From assembly GCA_018302765.1 (NCBI GenBank), contig JAGVZG010000001.1, forward strand, positions 4,482 through 68,481: 64,000 nt of DNA, given 5' to 3'. The notes below the pieces were generated by a model that saw only the letters and a list, made by a program, of their open reading frames with translations, did not search any database and had not been told where the DNA came from. Within the stretch, counting starts at the first letter, position 1, and each line of letters opens with the position of its first letter. Source of the DNA: Candidatus Woesearchaeota archaeon (GTDB taxonomy: Archaea; Nanobdellota; Nanobdellia; SCGC-AAA011-G17; GW2011-AR18). Positions 47,119 to 57,021 of this stretch are shown here, piece after piece. The position numbers were made by a program, and so were the translations under genes.

Positions 47119-47637
47119 ATGAATGAAAGAAGAATAATGTATATGACTTATAGTCTAGCTGAAAATTCTGAGCTAGAAGTAAAGGGCTTGCCTGACTCTT
47201 TTAGTTATGAGATTGATGACTTTGTAGATCCTAGTGGTGCCATAGCAGGAGAGAAACTTTTGGACAGTGCTTTTGTTGGAGGCTCTGACAATGTTTTATA
47301 TTATTTGGTAGTATTTGACATAAGGGGTTTTAATAAAGAAGAATATGCTTTAGAACATGGACAAAAATTGCTTGGTTATGTTTCCACTGCCAGAATCAAC
47401 AGTCCGCATCTTCGGTCTTTTTATTGTGGCACTGGTATGCCTATTGTTGCTTTAGTTGCTGATAATTCATTGGCAATTAAACTTATGACTAATGAAAGAT
47501 TTGAACATTTGAGGTTTGCTTTGGCCAGACAATCAGATGATAGAGTTGTTGTTGATTTAGAATCTGTTATTGATAGCTCAAGTTTATCTAGGCTTATTAG
47601 ACAAAGCGCAGAAAGAACTCGTGAAAGAAGAGTTTAA
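47119..47637 (+). CDS. hypothetical protein
   Basis: 172-aa ORF. Confidence 0.35.
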   Translation: MNERRIMYMTYSLAENSELEVKGLPDSFSYEIDDFVDPSGAIAGEKLLDSAFVGGSDNVLYYLVVFDIRGFNKEEYALEHGQKLLGYVSTARINSPHLRSFYCGTGMPIVALVADNSLAIKLMTNERFEHLRFALARQSDDRVVVDLESVIDSSSLSRLIRQSAERTRERRV

Positions 47638-47706
47638 TATTTATTTTTTATTTAATGAAAAGCTTTAATAATGAAATAATTCCTAGTTAATTTAGAGAGG
47701 GGGTTT

Positions 47707-50094
47707 ATGGTAAATTCGCCAGTTGTATGGTTTTCTGAAATTAGTGCTAGTGACAATGGCATTGTTGGCGGTAAAGGCGTTAATTTGGGAATAATGTATA
47801 ACCTAAGACTTCCTGTTCCGTCAGGTTTTGTTGTTACAGCCCAGGCTTACAAATTCTTTCTAGATAAAACTGGAATTCAGCAGAGTATTCTTGATATCTT
47901 GAATAATTTAGACGTTGAAGACACAGAGAAACTGCAGAAAGCTTCTGACAGTATTCAGGAAATAATTTTAGACGCAGATATGCCTGATGTTATAAAGAAA
48001 TCCGTAATAGAAGCTTATGATGATATGAACGTTGATAGGGCTGTTACTAAAGCTATTGGTAAAGACGTACTTAATACTTTTATTAAAGCTGGAAGAGACC
48101 TTCCTTTTGTTGCTGTCAGAAGTTCTGCTACTGCAGAGGACCAGCCAGAGGCTAGCTTTGCAGGACAGCAAGCTACTTATTTGAATGTTAGAGGAAAAGA
48201 TGAAGTTGTTTTGGCTGTGCAAAAATGCTGGGCTTCTTTGTTTACTGCAAGGGCAATTTATTACAGAACAAAAAATGGTTTTCCACATGATAAAGTTTTG
48301 ATTGCAGTTGTTGTTCAGAAGATGGTTAATTCTGAAAAATCAGGAGTTATGTTTAGCGTGAATCCTGCGACAAATAATGAAACTGAAATAATGATTGAAG
48401 CAGCTTTTGGTTTAGGTGAAGTTGTTGTCGGGGGTGAAATAACTCCCGATACTTATATTGTAGATAAAAGTTCTTTGGTTATAAAATCTAAAAAAGTTAC
48501 AAAGCAGGAATATGGCTTATTTAGAGATATATATACTGGTAAAAACATTAAGAAATACCTTAGTGAAAAAGAAGGAAACATTCAAAAATTAACTGAGAGT
48601 GAGATCATAAAATTAGCAGAATATGGAAAGTCTTTGGAAGATCATTACAGAAAGCCAATGGATTCTGAATGGGCTGTTGAAAATGGAAAAATATTTTTGG
48701 TTCAAACTAGACCTGTTACAACATTACTAAAGAAAAAGTCTGAAGCTCCTAGAATTGAGCATGACAACATGAGGGAAATTGTGAAAGGATTAGGCGCTAG
48801 TCCTGGCGTCGGCATCGGTAAAGTGAAAATAATTAAAGATGCTAGTGAACTGTCTAAAATTGAGAAAGGTGACGTTTTGGTTACGAGAATGACGTCACCT
48901 GATTATGTTGCTGCCATGAAAAAGGCAGTTGCAATAGTTACTGATGAAGGTGGAATTACTGCTCATGCTGCTATAGTAAGTCGTGAACTTCAAATTCCAT
49001 GTATAGTGGGCACAGAGAAAATAACTCAATTAGTACATAATGGTGATATGATTACTGTTGATGGAACTAACGGTGTTGTTTATGAAGGAAGTGTTGCTCC
49101 AAGCATAACTTCAACTTCTGCAAACGAACAGAAAATTGTTAGTGAACAAAACAGCACTTTGGAAAGTACTGAGAGTTTAGTTACAGGAACTAAGGTTTTT
49201 ATGAATTTAGGTGAGCCTGATAAAATTGATGACTATAAAAACTTGCCTTTTGATGGAATAGGTTTAATGAGAATAGAATTTATAATTACAGACAAGATAG
49301 GAAAGCATCCATTGTACATGATACAGAATGGGCAGCAGCAAGAATACATAGATAAACTTTCTGATGGCATTGCTAAGGTTGCCAGAGCAATTAGTCCTAA
49401 GCCTTTAATAGTTAGATTTTCTGATTTTAAAACCAATGAATATAAGAACTTAGTTGGTGGAGATAAGTTTGAATTTAGTGAAGACAATCCAATGTTAGGA
49501 TTTAGAGGTTGTTCCAGATATTTAAGTGAGGACTTTAGAGAAGCTTTTAGATTGGAAGTTCTGGCTGTAAAAAAATTAAGAGAGCAGGGTTTAAAAAATG
49601 TTCATGTTATGCTTCCTTTTGTTAGGACTGTTGACGATGTTAGAAAGTGCTCTAAATTTTTAGAGAGTGAAGGCTTAGTTAATAATCATGAGTTTAGAAT
49701 TTATATTATGGCTGAAGTGCCTTCAGTTGCTTTTGTACCAGAAGACTTTGCTGAACTGAATATTTATGGTGCGAGCATAGGAAGCAATGACTTAACTCAG
49801 ATGACTTTGGGAGTTGACAGGGACAGTGCAAAGCTTGGAAGAATGGGATATTTTGATGAAAGAAATCCTGCAGTTTTGAAAGCCATGTCAAATATTATCC
49901 GTGGCTTCCGGAAGCACAATAAAAAAGTAAGTATTTGTGGCCAGAGTGTTAGTGAATATGAGGAAATAGTTGAATTTTTAGTTAAAGAAGGAATAGATAG
50001 TGTTTCAGTTAATCCAGATGTTGTTTTTAAAACCAGAAAATTAATTGCTTCTGTAGAAAGAAATATTTTACTTGGTAAAATAAGAAGATACTAG
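47707..50094 (+). CDS. ppsA: phosphoenolpyruvate synthase / pyruvate, water dikinase
   Basis: GGKGVNLG ATP-grasp N-terminus, a central phospho-His domain (TAHAAIVSRE) and a C-terminal PEP-utilising GSNDLTQ motif. Confidence 0.9.
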   Translation: MVNSPVVWFSEISASDNGIVGGKGVNLGIMYNLRLPVPSGFVVTAQAYKFFLDKTGIQQSILDILNNLDVEDTEKLQKASDSIQEIILDADMPDVIKKSVIEAYDDMNVDRAVTKAIGKDVLNTFIKAGRDLPFVAVRSSATAEDQPEASFAGQQATYLNVRGKDEVVLAVQKCWASLFTARAIYYRTKNGFPHDKVLIAVVVQKMVNSEKSGVMFSVNPATNNETEIMIEAAFGLGEVVVGGEITPDTYIVDKSSLVIKSKKVTKQEYGLFRDIYTGKNIKKYLSEKEGNIQKLTESEIIKLAEYGKSLEDHYRKPMDSEWAVENGKIFLVQTRPVTTLLKKKSEAPRIEHDNMREIVKGLGASPGVGIGKVKIIKDASELSKIEKGDVLVTRMTSPDYVAAMKKAVAIVTDEGGITAHAAIVSRELQIPCIVGTEKITQLVHNGDMITVDGTNGVVYEGSVAPSITSTSANEQKIVSEQNSTLESTESLVTGTKVFMNLGEPDKIDDYKNLPFDGIGLMRIEFIITDKIGKHPLYMIQNGQQQEYIDKLSDGIAKVARAISPKPLIVRFSDFKTNEYKNLVGGDKFEFSEDNPMLGFRGCSRYLSEDFREAFRLEVLAVKKLREQGLKNVHVMLPFVRTVDDVRKCSKFLESEGLVNNHEFRIYIMAEVPSVAFVPEDFAELNIYGASIGSNDLTQMTLGVDRDSAKLGRMGYFDERNPAVLKAMSNIIRGFRKHNKKVSICGQSVSEYEEIVEFLVKEGIDSVSVNPDVVFKTRKLIASVERNILLGKIRRY

Positions 50095-50906
50095 TGGCCT
50101 CTAGCGTCTCTTCTTATAGGTACTTTCTTGGGTTGATAATTGGGATTGTTTTTTGATATTCTGGGACTTCTGTTTCTTAGGACATCTTCTAGTTTTGTTC
50201 CTTGAGGCAATTTTCCTATGTATGCATTTGCTTGCTCTGGCAAGCCCTTTCCCAAGTACGAATCTCTTCCAATTTCAAGTCCTCCATAAACATCAATTTT
50301 TTTCCCTTTTATTCCATCACCTAGATCACTTGCTTCATACCAACCATTAAAATTTTTACAAAGATCTGTTTCGCATGGATTTCCTTTTTTATTTATAAAT
50401 TCTATTCTTACTAAAGTTCCTTTTGGAATTAAATCTCTGTCTACCGCTATAGACCTTCCAGTTTTTACACAATTGCCGTCTGCTGTGTAGCCAAGAAGGC
50501 ATCCTGGCTTTGGTTTTTTACCTTTACTTTCTTCTTTTGTTGGTTTTACGCTAGCAGCTGTATACAGCAGACCATCTTTTCCAATACCAGAGCCTTCGCA
50601 TCTTACTGCTTCATAAAATCCTTTATTTTGTAATCTGCAAGCTTTTTTAGCATTTATTCTTTCACAAGTAGTTGACCATTTATCGTAATGTTTGCCGTTT
50701 GCTGTGTTGTAAGTTGTGACTTTAAATCTGCCTAGAGACCATCCGCCTTCTTTTCTATTGTCTTCTTGAACTGCTTCTAACTCTGGAGCCAAGTAATTAT
50801 ACTGCGCTTGGTAATAAGCAGGCCTTAGCCATTCGTACCAAGCTACTGGAGCACTAATAGCAACAAGTCCAGCCAAACCTAATTTTAATTTTGTTTTAGT
50901 TTTCAT
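50091..50906 (-). CDS. secreted 3D-domain protein (MltA/YabE-like peptidoglycan-binding/lytic domain)
   Basis: Signal peptide. FKVTTYN...GRSIAVDRDLIPKGTLVRIE...GWYEASDLGDGIKGKKIDVY matches the three-Asp 3D domain pattern. Confidence 0.55.
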   Translation of the reverse strand: MKTKTKLKLGLAGLVAISAPVAWYEWLRPAYYQAQYNYLAPELEAVQEDNRKEGGWSLGRFKVTTYNTANGKHYDKWSTTCERINAKKACRLQNKGFYEAVRCEGSGIGKDGLLYTAASVKPTKEESKGKKPKPGCLLGYTADGNCVKTGRSIAVDRDLIPKGTLVRIEFINKKGNPCETDLCKNFNGWYEASDLGDGIKGKKIDVYGGLEIGRDSYLGKGLPEQANAYIGKLPQGTKLEDVLRNRSPRISKNNPNYQPKKVPIRRDARGH

Positions 50907-51052
50907 TTTACAAAGAAGAGTTTTTACGTCACTCTTTTATTATTGTTGGGTTTAGCAGTATATAAAGCTTTTTATTGTTGCTACTTTATAGTTATAACAA
51001 ATAGAAAGGTATATAAATAAGTCTTACTACTATTATTATTAGGAGTTTAAAA

Positions 51053-51178
51053 ATGAAATGTGAAATATGCAAATACAATTGGACGCCTAGGATTGTTAGT
51101 CCTAAGTCATGCCCTAGATGCAAGAGAAGGTTTGATTATTTTAATATAAAGAATGTTGTAGGAGTACAAAATGGCTGA
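51053..51178 (+). CDS. small zinc-ribbon protein (41 aa)
   Basis: Reads MKCEICKYNW...SCPRCKRRF, i.e. CxxC-x17-CxxC. Overlaps the next gene's start by 8 nt. Below the size cut-off of the ORF track. Confidence 0.35.
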   Translation: MKCEICKYNWTPRIVSPKSCPRCKRRFDYFNIKNVVGVQNG

Positions 51179-51977
51179 AAAAAAGAAAGAATTCAAGCTA
51201 AGAAAAGATCTAGAACAATTAGTTGGTTTGTCAAATCAAGCTAAAGGTTTGACAGAAAGGGCAAGAAAAGGAGTCAATATTGATTTAGTTGATGAAGCAT
51301 TTGGCCTTTGTAGTGTTTTAAATGAGGGAGGAATTTCTAGTATTGATCCAGCAACACTTGGACCAATGTCCCAATATGATCTTATGAGAACAATTAGAGC
51401 TGGCTATGGACATGTACGTCAGAAGCTAGAGGAAAATATAGATGACGTTACTTATGCTAATGCGAGAAAGGCTTATTTGGGAAGGCTTGACCTTGAGGTG
51501 AAAGTGGGCTTTTATTTAGAAATGTTGAAGGATGGAGCAGTTCCAAATCCTCCTGACGGTAAGGCTTCTAAGGAAGTTAAAGGGACTTATGCAGCTTTAG
51601 TGCAAGCTAAGAAAGAATTAGAGTTGGCAGATAAGATTGAAAAAGCTGTAGAGAGTGGAGACTTATCAGCTGCTAGGCAAGAAGTTGTTAGATACTTAGA
51701 TGCAGACACTATTGATTATTTAGGTGTATTGGGAGGATACAGCGGCCCAGCTTTTACTGGCGCACAGAAAAATGTTTATACAGATATTGCAAATATAAGA
51801 AGGCAGAATGCTGCAAAACTTGTATCTGATAAAAAACTAACTGGCTTGATTGACAAAGGAATTGAAAAATTGGGCAAAGCTAAAGCTCTTGTCGGCATGT
51901 ACAATGCTTACCAAACACAGTTGCAGTATGACGCTATGAAAGAAAGAGCAAAAAAATCAGCTAAGAAAGCTGCTTAA
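51171..51977 (+). CDS. hypothetical protein
   Basis: 268 aa, Ala/Lys-rich, above-average GC. Confidence 0.4.
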   Translation: MAEKKKEFKLRKDLEQLVGLSNQAKGLTERARKGVNIDLVDEAFGLCSVLNEGGISSIDPATLGPMSQYDLMRTIRAGYGHVRQKLEENIDDVTYANARKAYLGRLDLEVKVGFYLEMLKDGAVPNPPDGKASKEVKGTYAALVQAKKELELADKIEKAVESGDLSAARQEVVRYLDADTIDYLGVLGGYSGPAFTGAQKNVYTDIANIRRQNAAKLVSDKKLTGLIDKGIEKLGKAKALVGMYNAYQTQLQYDAMKERAKKSAKKAA

Positions 51978-51998
51978 ATTTTTTATTTTGAGATTAAA

Positions 51999-52244
51999 AT
52001 GGCAAAACTAAATAAGGAAATCTCTGATTTAGTTGTCAGAGCTTGGACAATGGCTGTGGCTACAGTTTTTACTTTAAGCACATGTTGGCCTATTGTTTCT
52101 TATGTAAAAAGTATTAGGCCTTTCTCTGATAGTTATGGATATGATAGAAATTTAGGCATTTGTGTTGGTTTTGAAGATAGTTGTAGCAGAAATCCTGTTT
52201 GTTTTTATAATCTAGAGTCAGAAAGTTTATACGTTAAAAATTAA
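51999..52244 (+). CDS. small hypothetical protein
   Basis: 81 aa with a hydrophobic helix and 4 Cys. Confidence 0.3.
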   Translation: MAKLNKEISDLVVRAWTMAVATVFTLSTCWPIVSYVKSIRPFSDSYGYDRNLGICVGFEDSCSRNPVCFYNLESESLYVKN

Positions 52245-53087
52245 TTAAGTTTGTTTTACTTCGTATTTTATTATTTTCTGATTTTTTATTAATGCTCTTG
52301 ATATTTTATTTAGCTCTATAACAAAATCTTCTGATTTTTTTTGAAGATCCTCAATTTCAAATCCATTCATTCTGTTCACTTCACCGTGCAGTATTGCTTT
52401 TGCTTTTTTTCTTACTAGTTCATACCACTCTACAAATTTTTTGTCTAGAGTATCCTCTTTTACAAATGTTTCATTTAGCATTTCAGCTATATGTTCTGGA
52501 GATGGAGGAATAACATTTATTGCCATTAATGCTGCGTGGCTTGCGTCTACCATTGCCCAGTAAAATCCTTCTATACTGTTTAATATGTTGGAGTTTGCTC
52601 TTATTAGGTGCTGTCCTGATCTTTGCATTGTTGTAAATATTGCTTCTGGACTTGGTCTTATTTTTCCCTTAGCTAGCAAGACTTTTAGAGGATCAAAGAA
52701 TCCACCCAAATCTATTAAAGGTTCACCATATCTTAATACATTAATTACCAATGGCTCGCCAGCTCTCACTTCTTCCCAAAATGCTGTTAGTGTCACTGTA
52801 TTAATATGCAGTTCTTTTTTATAATTTTGCGCAGCCATGAGCTTAGCTAACTCTTCCCTATACCAAGCTATTAATTCGTCATCCCAGTTTACAGTGCAGT
52901 CATCAATAATTATTACTAAATCAATATCGCTTTTTGACGTTGTTTTTTGTTTTATAGAAGAACCAAACATTGCTATTGCTTTTATTACATCTCTGAATTT
53001 TTGATAAGCTTTAGCTGCGAAATCTAATGCGATATCCCTGTCAGAATCTAAACTACTAACTTTTGTTTTTTTCACCTTCTTTTTCAT
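52245..53087 (-). CDS. Pol-beta-superfamily nucleotidyltransferase domain protein (paralog of 54485..56314)
   Basis: GSS...SDIDLVIIIDD NTase motif, plus LKVLLAKGKIRPSPEAI shared with the larger paralog. Confidence 0.55.
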   Translation of the reverse strand: MKKKVKKTKVSSLDSDRDIALDFAAKAYQKFRDVIKAIAMFGSSIKQKTTSKSDIDLVIIIDDCTVNWDDELIAWYREELAKLMAAQNYKKELHINTVTLTAFWEEVRAGEPLVINVLRYGEPLIDLGGFFDPLKVLLAKGKIRPSPEAIFTTMQRSGQHLIRANSNILNSIEGFYWAMVDASHAALMAINVIPPSPEHIAEMLNETFVKEDTLDKKFVEWYELVRKKAKAILHGEVNRMNGFEIEDLQKKSEDFVIELNKISRALIKNQKIIKYEVKQT

Positions 53088-53137
53088 TAGTTATATTAAT
53101 TATATTTCAATATTTATATCTTTTGGTACTATATTGT

Positions 53138-53926
53138 TTATTTTGCTTTGTTTAGTAGTGCAGAAAATTCATCTAATTTTTCATCTAGAAATTCCAAGGC
53201 TTTTCCTAGAATTTCTTCAGGAGTTATTTTTCCCCAAGATTCTATTGTAAATATAAAATCTTTTTCACTTCCTTCAACTTTAATGCCTTCTTTTGGATCT
53301 ACTGCGTCTACACATGCCATGCATAAAGTGCATGCTTCTTGGTCTACAATAGTAAGCTGTTTTCCTTTAATTTCATATACGTTTACTGGACATGATTTTA
53401 CAACTTCTTCAGGATTTTTTACTTTGTCAATATTTATTTTTGGATATCCTTTATAGTATACAAGACCTGGGTTGAATTTAGCATGTTCCTTACCAGTTCC
53501 TAATGTAGCAACAGCTTCGAATTCCAATTCCTGTCCTTTTAGCAATTTAACTATTGGCATTTTTGCATATACAGGTTTAATCTTCGGATCTTGGAATTTA
53601 AGATCTGAAGCATAAACTGTTAATGGCCCTTCTGCTTTTAGAGTTACAACAACTTGGCATTTTGTACATCCTGAACCCTTGCAGTTACATTTTTCTGGTA
53701 GATCATAAGAACTTAAATCAGTAAAAAGAGGCAACATACCTAATCTATGAGCAAGAATTTCATCAAATAGTGCTGAACTATTTTTTGTAATGGTAGCACG
53801 TCTTATAGCCATTGTTGGAACTTCAGAAGTTATAACACGTCTAATAGCGTTAACAAAAGCAGGGTTTGAATCTTTCATTAGGAAAGTGGTTTTATTTCCT
53901 TCTCTCTTTAGCAGTTTTATATCCAT
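53138..53926 (-). CDS. rpoD: DNA-directed RNA polymerase subunit D (Rpb3-like)
   Basis: Rpb3 dimerisation domain plus Cys clusters (CNCKGSGCTKC; CPVN...CTLCMAC). Confidence 0.9.
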   Translation of the reverse strand: MDIKLLKREGNKTTFLMKDSNPAFVNAIRRVITSEVPTMAIRRATITKNSSALFDEILAHRLGMLPLFTDLSSYDLPEKCNCKGSGCTKCQVVVTLKAEGPLTVYASDLKFQDPKIKPVYAKMPIVKLLKGQELEFEAVATLGTGKEHAKFNPGLVYYKGYPKINIDKVKNPEEVVKSCPVNVYEIKGKQLTIVDQEACTLCMACVDAVDPKEGIKVEGSEKDFIFTIESWGKITPEEILGKALEFLDEKLDEFSALLNKAK

Positions 53927-54042
53927 TTTGAATCAAAAATAGTATGGTTGGAAAATATAGGACATTTAAAAAGTTTTTTGTTTGATTTTTCTGATGAGTT
54001 CTTCGTCAAAATGTTTATAAATATCCATACGATTAGTTTTAT

Positions 54043-54363
54043 ATGGGACTTGTAAAAAGAGTTTTTGATGATGTTGATTTTGAACGTTTTTGTTTATTAG
54101 CAAGAAATTTACCACAAGCATTTTATATTGTACCAGAATTGGATCCAAGTCGCCCCCCTATCAAGCCAAGTAATGTTTATGAGATAAGACGTGGCAAATC
54201 AGAGGCATATACTGCAAGGTTTCCTGAAAGACGAGCAGAGTCTTCATTTTCAGTTATGGAATACATTCCTTCTGAGAAGAAATTAGTAGTTGAGTTTGAT
54301 AACGATAAACTCGATAAAGGTCCAGTTCAAAGTATACTTAAACCAATTAGTTTAAAATTATGA
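54043..54363 (+). CDS. hypothetical protein
   Basis: 106-aa ORF. Confidence 0.3.
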   Translation: MGLVKRVFDDVDFERFCLLARNLPQAFYIVPELDPSRPPIKPSNVYEIRRGKSEAYTARFPERRAESSFSVMEYIPSEKKLVVEFDNDKLDKGPVQSILKPISLKL

Positions 54364-54484
54364 ATAAATATATTTAAATTTAATTTGGTGATTAGAATTC
54401 TGAAACTTTTTTTCTGTTACTACCGGATGATTACTAATAAATGGAAAGGTTTATAAAGATTGAAAGTTTGTTTTTCTATAGATT

Positions 54485-56314
54485 TTGAAAATGGAATACA
54501 CTCAATACCAACCGCAGGATTTTAAACTTCCTGAGTTGCCAAAAGAGGCTAAGGAAAAGCTTGAGGCTATGAAATCAAAGCTAGATAAGTTTTCTAAAGC
54601 AGTTACCAAGGAAAATAAAGATATAATGGGTATTGCTTTGTTGCCTCCTTCCAGAATAAGCCCTGAAGAGAAATTATCGAATGAAGAAGTTGAAAAGCTA
54701 AAAAAAAGAATTAATGTTTTGATTGTTATAGACGTTGAGACTAAGAAAGACTGGTCTGCAATAAGAGAAGGTATTATTTCTAGAGTTATTAAAAAGGCGA
54801 ATGAAGTTGATGAGAATATTTTTGTTACTGTAATGGATATTGCTGAAATAAGAGAAAACTGCTTTGATGCCAAGTATGAAATTTTAGAAATGATTGCAGC
54901 TGGAGCTGCTTTGTACGACCCTAAAGATTTCTTGGGCGCACTTAAAATTTCTGAAGTTCATAAAAACATGACTCTAAAGAAATTTGACAAATATATTGTA
55001 AGCTATGTTGCTGTTGGTAGTTTGTTTAGAGGAGACGCCACTAGCAATGACATTGATGTTGCTGTTGTAATAGACGACACAGACGTTAAGAAGATGACTA
55101 GAATTGAGCTTAAGGATAGATTAATGGCTATAATTAGAGGAATGGGCTATGATGCAAGCCAAATTACAGGTGTGAAAAAGGCATTTCATATTCAAACTTA
55201 TATTTTAACTGATTTCTGGGATGCAATTAAGGATGCTAATCCTGTTATCTATACTTTTTTGAGAGATGGCGTTCCAATTTATGATAGAGGTGTGTTTATG
55301 CCTTGGAAATTACTGCTTAAGATGGGTAGAATTAGGCCAAGCCCAGAAGCAATTGATTTTCAAATGGACATGGGAGAAAAGTTGATTCAGAGAACTAAGG
55401 GAAAAATGATTGGGATTATGGGTGATGATTTGTATTACGCAATACTAAATCCGGCTCAGGCAGCTTTAATGTTATATGGAATAGCTCCTCCTACTCCAAA
55501 AGAAACTATAGAACTAATGGAAGAGATTTTTGTAAAGAAAGAGAAATTGCTAGAGAAGAAATATGTTGATATTTTATCTAAGATAAGAAAGTATTACAAA
55601 GATATTGAGCATGGAAATATTAAGGAAGTTAAAGGTAAAGATATTGATGAATTATTAACTGACGCTGAGGATTATATTAAGAGAATAAATAAATTATTTG
55701 AGCAGATACAAAGTAGAAGAGACAAGGAAAGTATTGATGAAATGTATAATAGCTGCATGAATGTTGTTGAGGATGCTTTGAAAGCAAATAATGTCAAGGT
55801 TGAGAAACAGTCTAATTTAGTTAGCTTGTTTAAGAGGCACTTAATTGATGAAAAGAAAATATTTTCAGAGCAATTTTTAGAAACTTTGAAGACAGTAATA
55901 GATACAAAGAACAGTGCTAAGAGCAAGAAGCTTTCTTGGCCTGAGTTGGAAAAAATTAGAAGGGAATCTAGAGGCTTTATTAGGGGCGTTGTTGAGTATG
56001 TGCAAAGGAAAAGAGGCTATGAACTAGAGAGAGCTAAAATCAGATTTAAGTACGGAGACAAATTTGGAGAGGCTTTATTGTTAGATAAAGTTGCTTACAT
56101 TGTCAATGATATTGATGCCCAAGATAAAGAGGTAAGCAGGGCAGTAATAAAAGATGATGGTGGTTTAGGGAGTTTAGAAAAAAGTAACTTAGAAGAACTT
56201 GAGAAGGAAATTATGAAAGTAAAAATACCTACTAAAGTTTTTATCAAAGAGAAAATATTTGAGAGCCTTAGAAACCTATTTGGAAAAGACATAGAAATAC
56301 TTGTTAATTATTAA
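54485..56314 (+). CDS. large Pol-beta-superfamily nucleotidyltransferase domain protein
   Basis: GSLFRGDATSNDIDVAVVIDD NTase motif and PWKLLLKMGRIRPSPEAI. Carries an extra ~200-aa N-terminal extension and a ~250-aa C-terminal extension. Confidence 0.55.
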   Translation: MKMEYTQYQPQDFKLPELPKEAKEKLEAMKSKLDKFSKAVTKENKDIMGIALLPPSRISPEEKLSNEEVEKLKKRINVLIVIDVETKKDWSAIREGIISRVIKKANEVDENIFVTVMDIAEIRENCFDAKYEILEMIAAGAALYDPKDFLGALKISEVHKNMTLKKFDKYIVSYVAVGSLFRGDATSNDIDVAVVIDDTDVKKMTRIELKDRLMAIIRGMGYDASQITGVKKAFHIQTYILTDFWDAIKDANPVIYTFLRDGVPIYDRGVFMPWKLLLKMGRIRPSPEAIDFQMDMGEKLIQRTKGKMIGIMGDDLYYAILNPAQAALMLYGIAPPTPKETIELMEEIFVKKEKLLEKKYVDILSKIRKYYKDIEHGNIKEVKGKDIDELLTDAEDYIKRINKLFEQIQSRRDKESIDEMYNSCMNVVEDALKANNVKVEKQSNLVSLFKRHLIDEKKIFSEQFLETLKTVIDTKNSAKSKKLSWPELEKIRRESRGFIRGVVEYVQRKRGYELERAKIRFKYGDKFGEALLLDKVAYIVNDIDAQDKEVSRAVIKDDGGLGSLEKSNLEELEKEIMKVKIPTKVFIKEKIFESLRNLFGKDIEILVNY

Positions 56315-56374
56315 TACAATGAAAATTTATGAACCAACAATTGATATTTCTGATTTAAGACCGTCAGTTAAGTC

Positions 56375-56698
56375 TTGCGTAGATATATAACTTGTAAAGA
56401 AAGAGCACGATTAGATAGACTGGTTTTTGTACCTAAGTTAAGAAGAAAAGATACTGAAAATTTCGGAATAAACCATGGTAGTCCCATGTTTACTATTAGG
56501 GGTTTTCAATGTAGTTCTGAAGTTTATGAAATAAATCTTGATGATAAGTTATTAATTCAACATCGAGGTGGTTCTTTACTTTATGATTGCGATAAAGTTC
56601 CTGCTAAATGTGTTTATATATTTGAAAGAACAATAAATGAAGTTGTTGAAGAATTTATTATGGCAGACTATAGAGTTATTAAGGACTGGGGCTTGTAG
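56375..56698 (+). CDS. hypothetical protein
   Basis: 107-aa ORF. Confidence 0.3.
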   Translation: MRRYITCKERARLDRLVFVPKLRRKDTENFGINHGSPMFTIRGFQCSSEVYEINLDDKLLIQHRGGSLLYDCDKVPAKCVYIFERTINEVVEEFIMADYRVIKDWGL

Positions 56699-56754
56699 TC
56701 TTATATTTAAGGGGGAATTTTTGGTTAGAACCAACACTTTCAGAGATATTAACT

Positions 56755-57021
56755 TTGAGAAAGTACATTGAAGAGAACTTATCGATGGCAGGCAAGCAGT
56801 TAGGATTTTCTTCAGCAACAGTACATGAGCCTGTTGCAAGACTTTTTAATGATTATTATGGAATTGATTTTTATAGCTTGTATAAAAGAAGTGGGAAAAA
56901 TGGAAGGCCTGTTGTTCATTGCATTGGTGTACTTTTTTCAGGAGATGATTTTAGTATTGAATTTTCTGAAGAATTAAAATTATACCTTAAGAATATTCAA
57001 AGTGAATATCATTTTCCATAG
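56755..57021 (+). CDS. hypothetical protein
   Basis: 88-aa ORF. Confidence 0.3.
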   Translation: MRKYIEENLSMAGKQLGFSSATVHEPVARLFNDYYGIDFYSLYKRSGKNGRPVVHCIGVLFSGDDFSIEFSEELKLYLKNIQSEYHFP

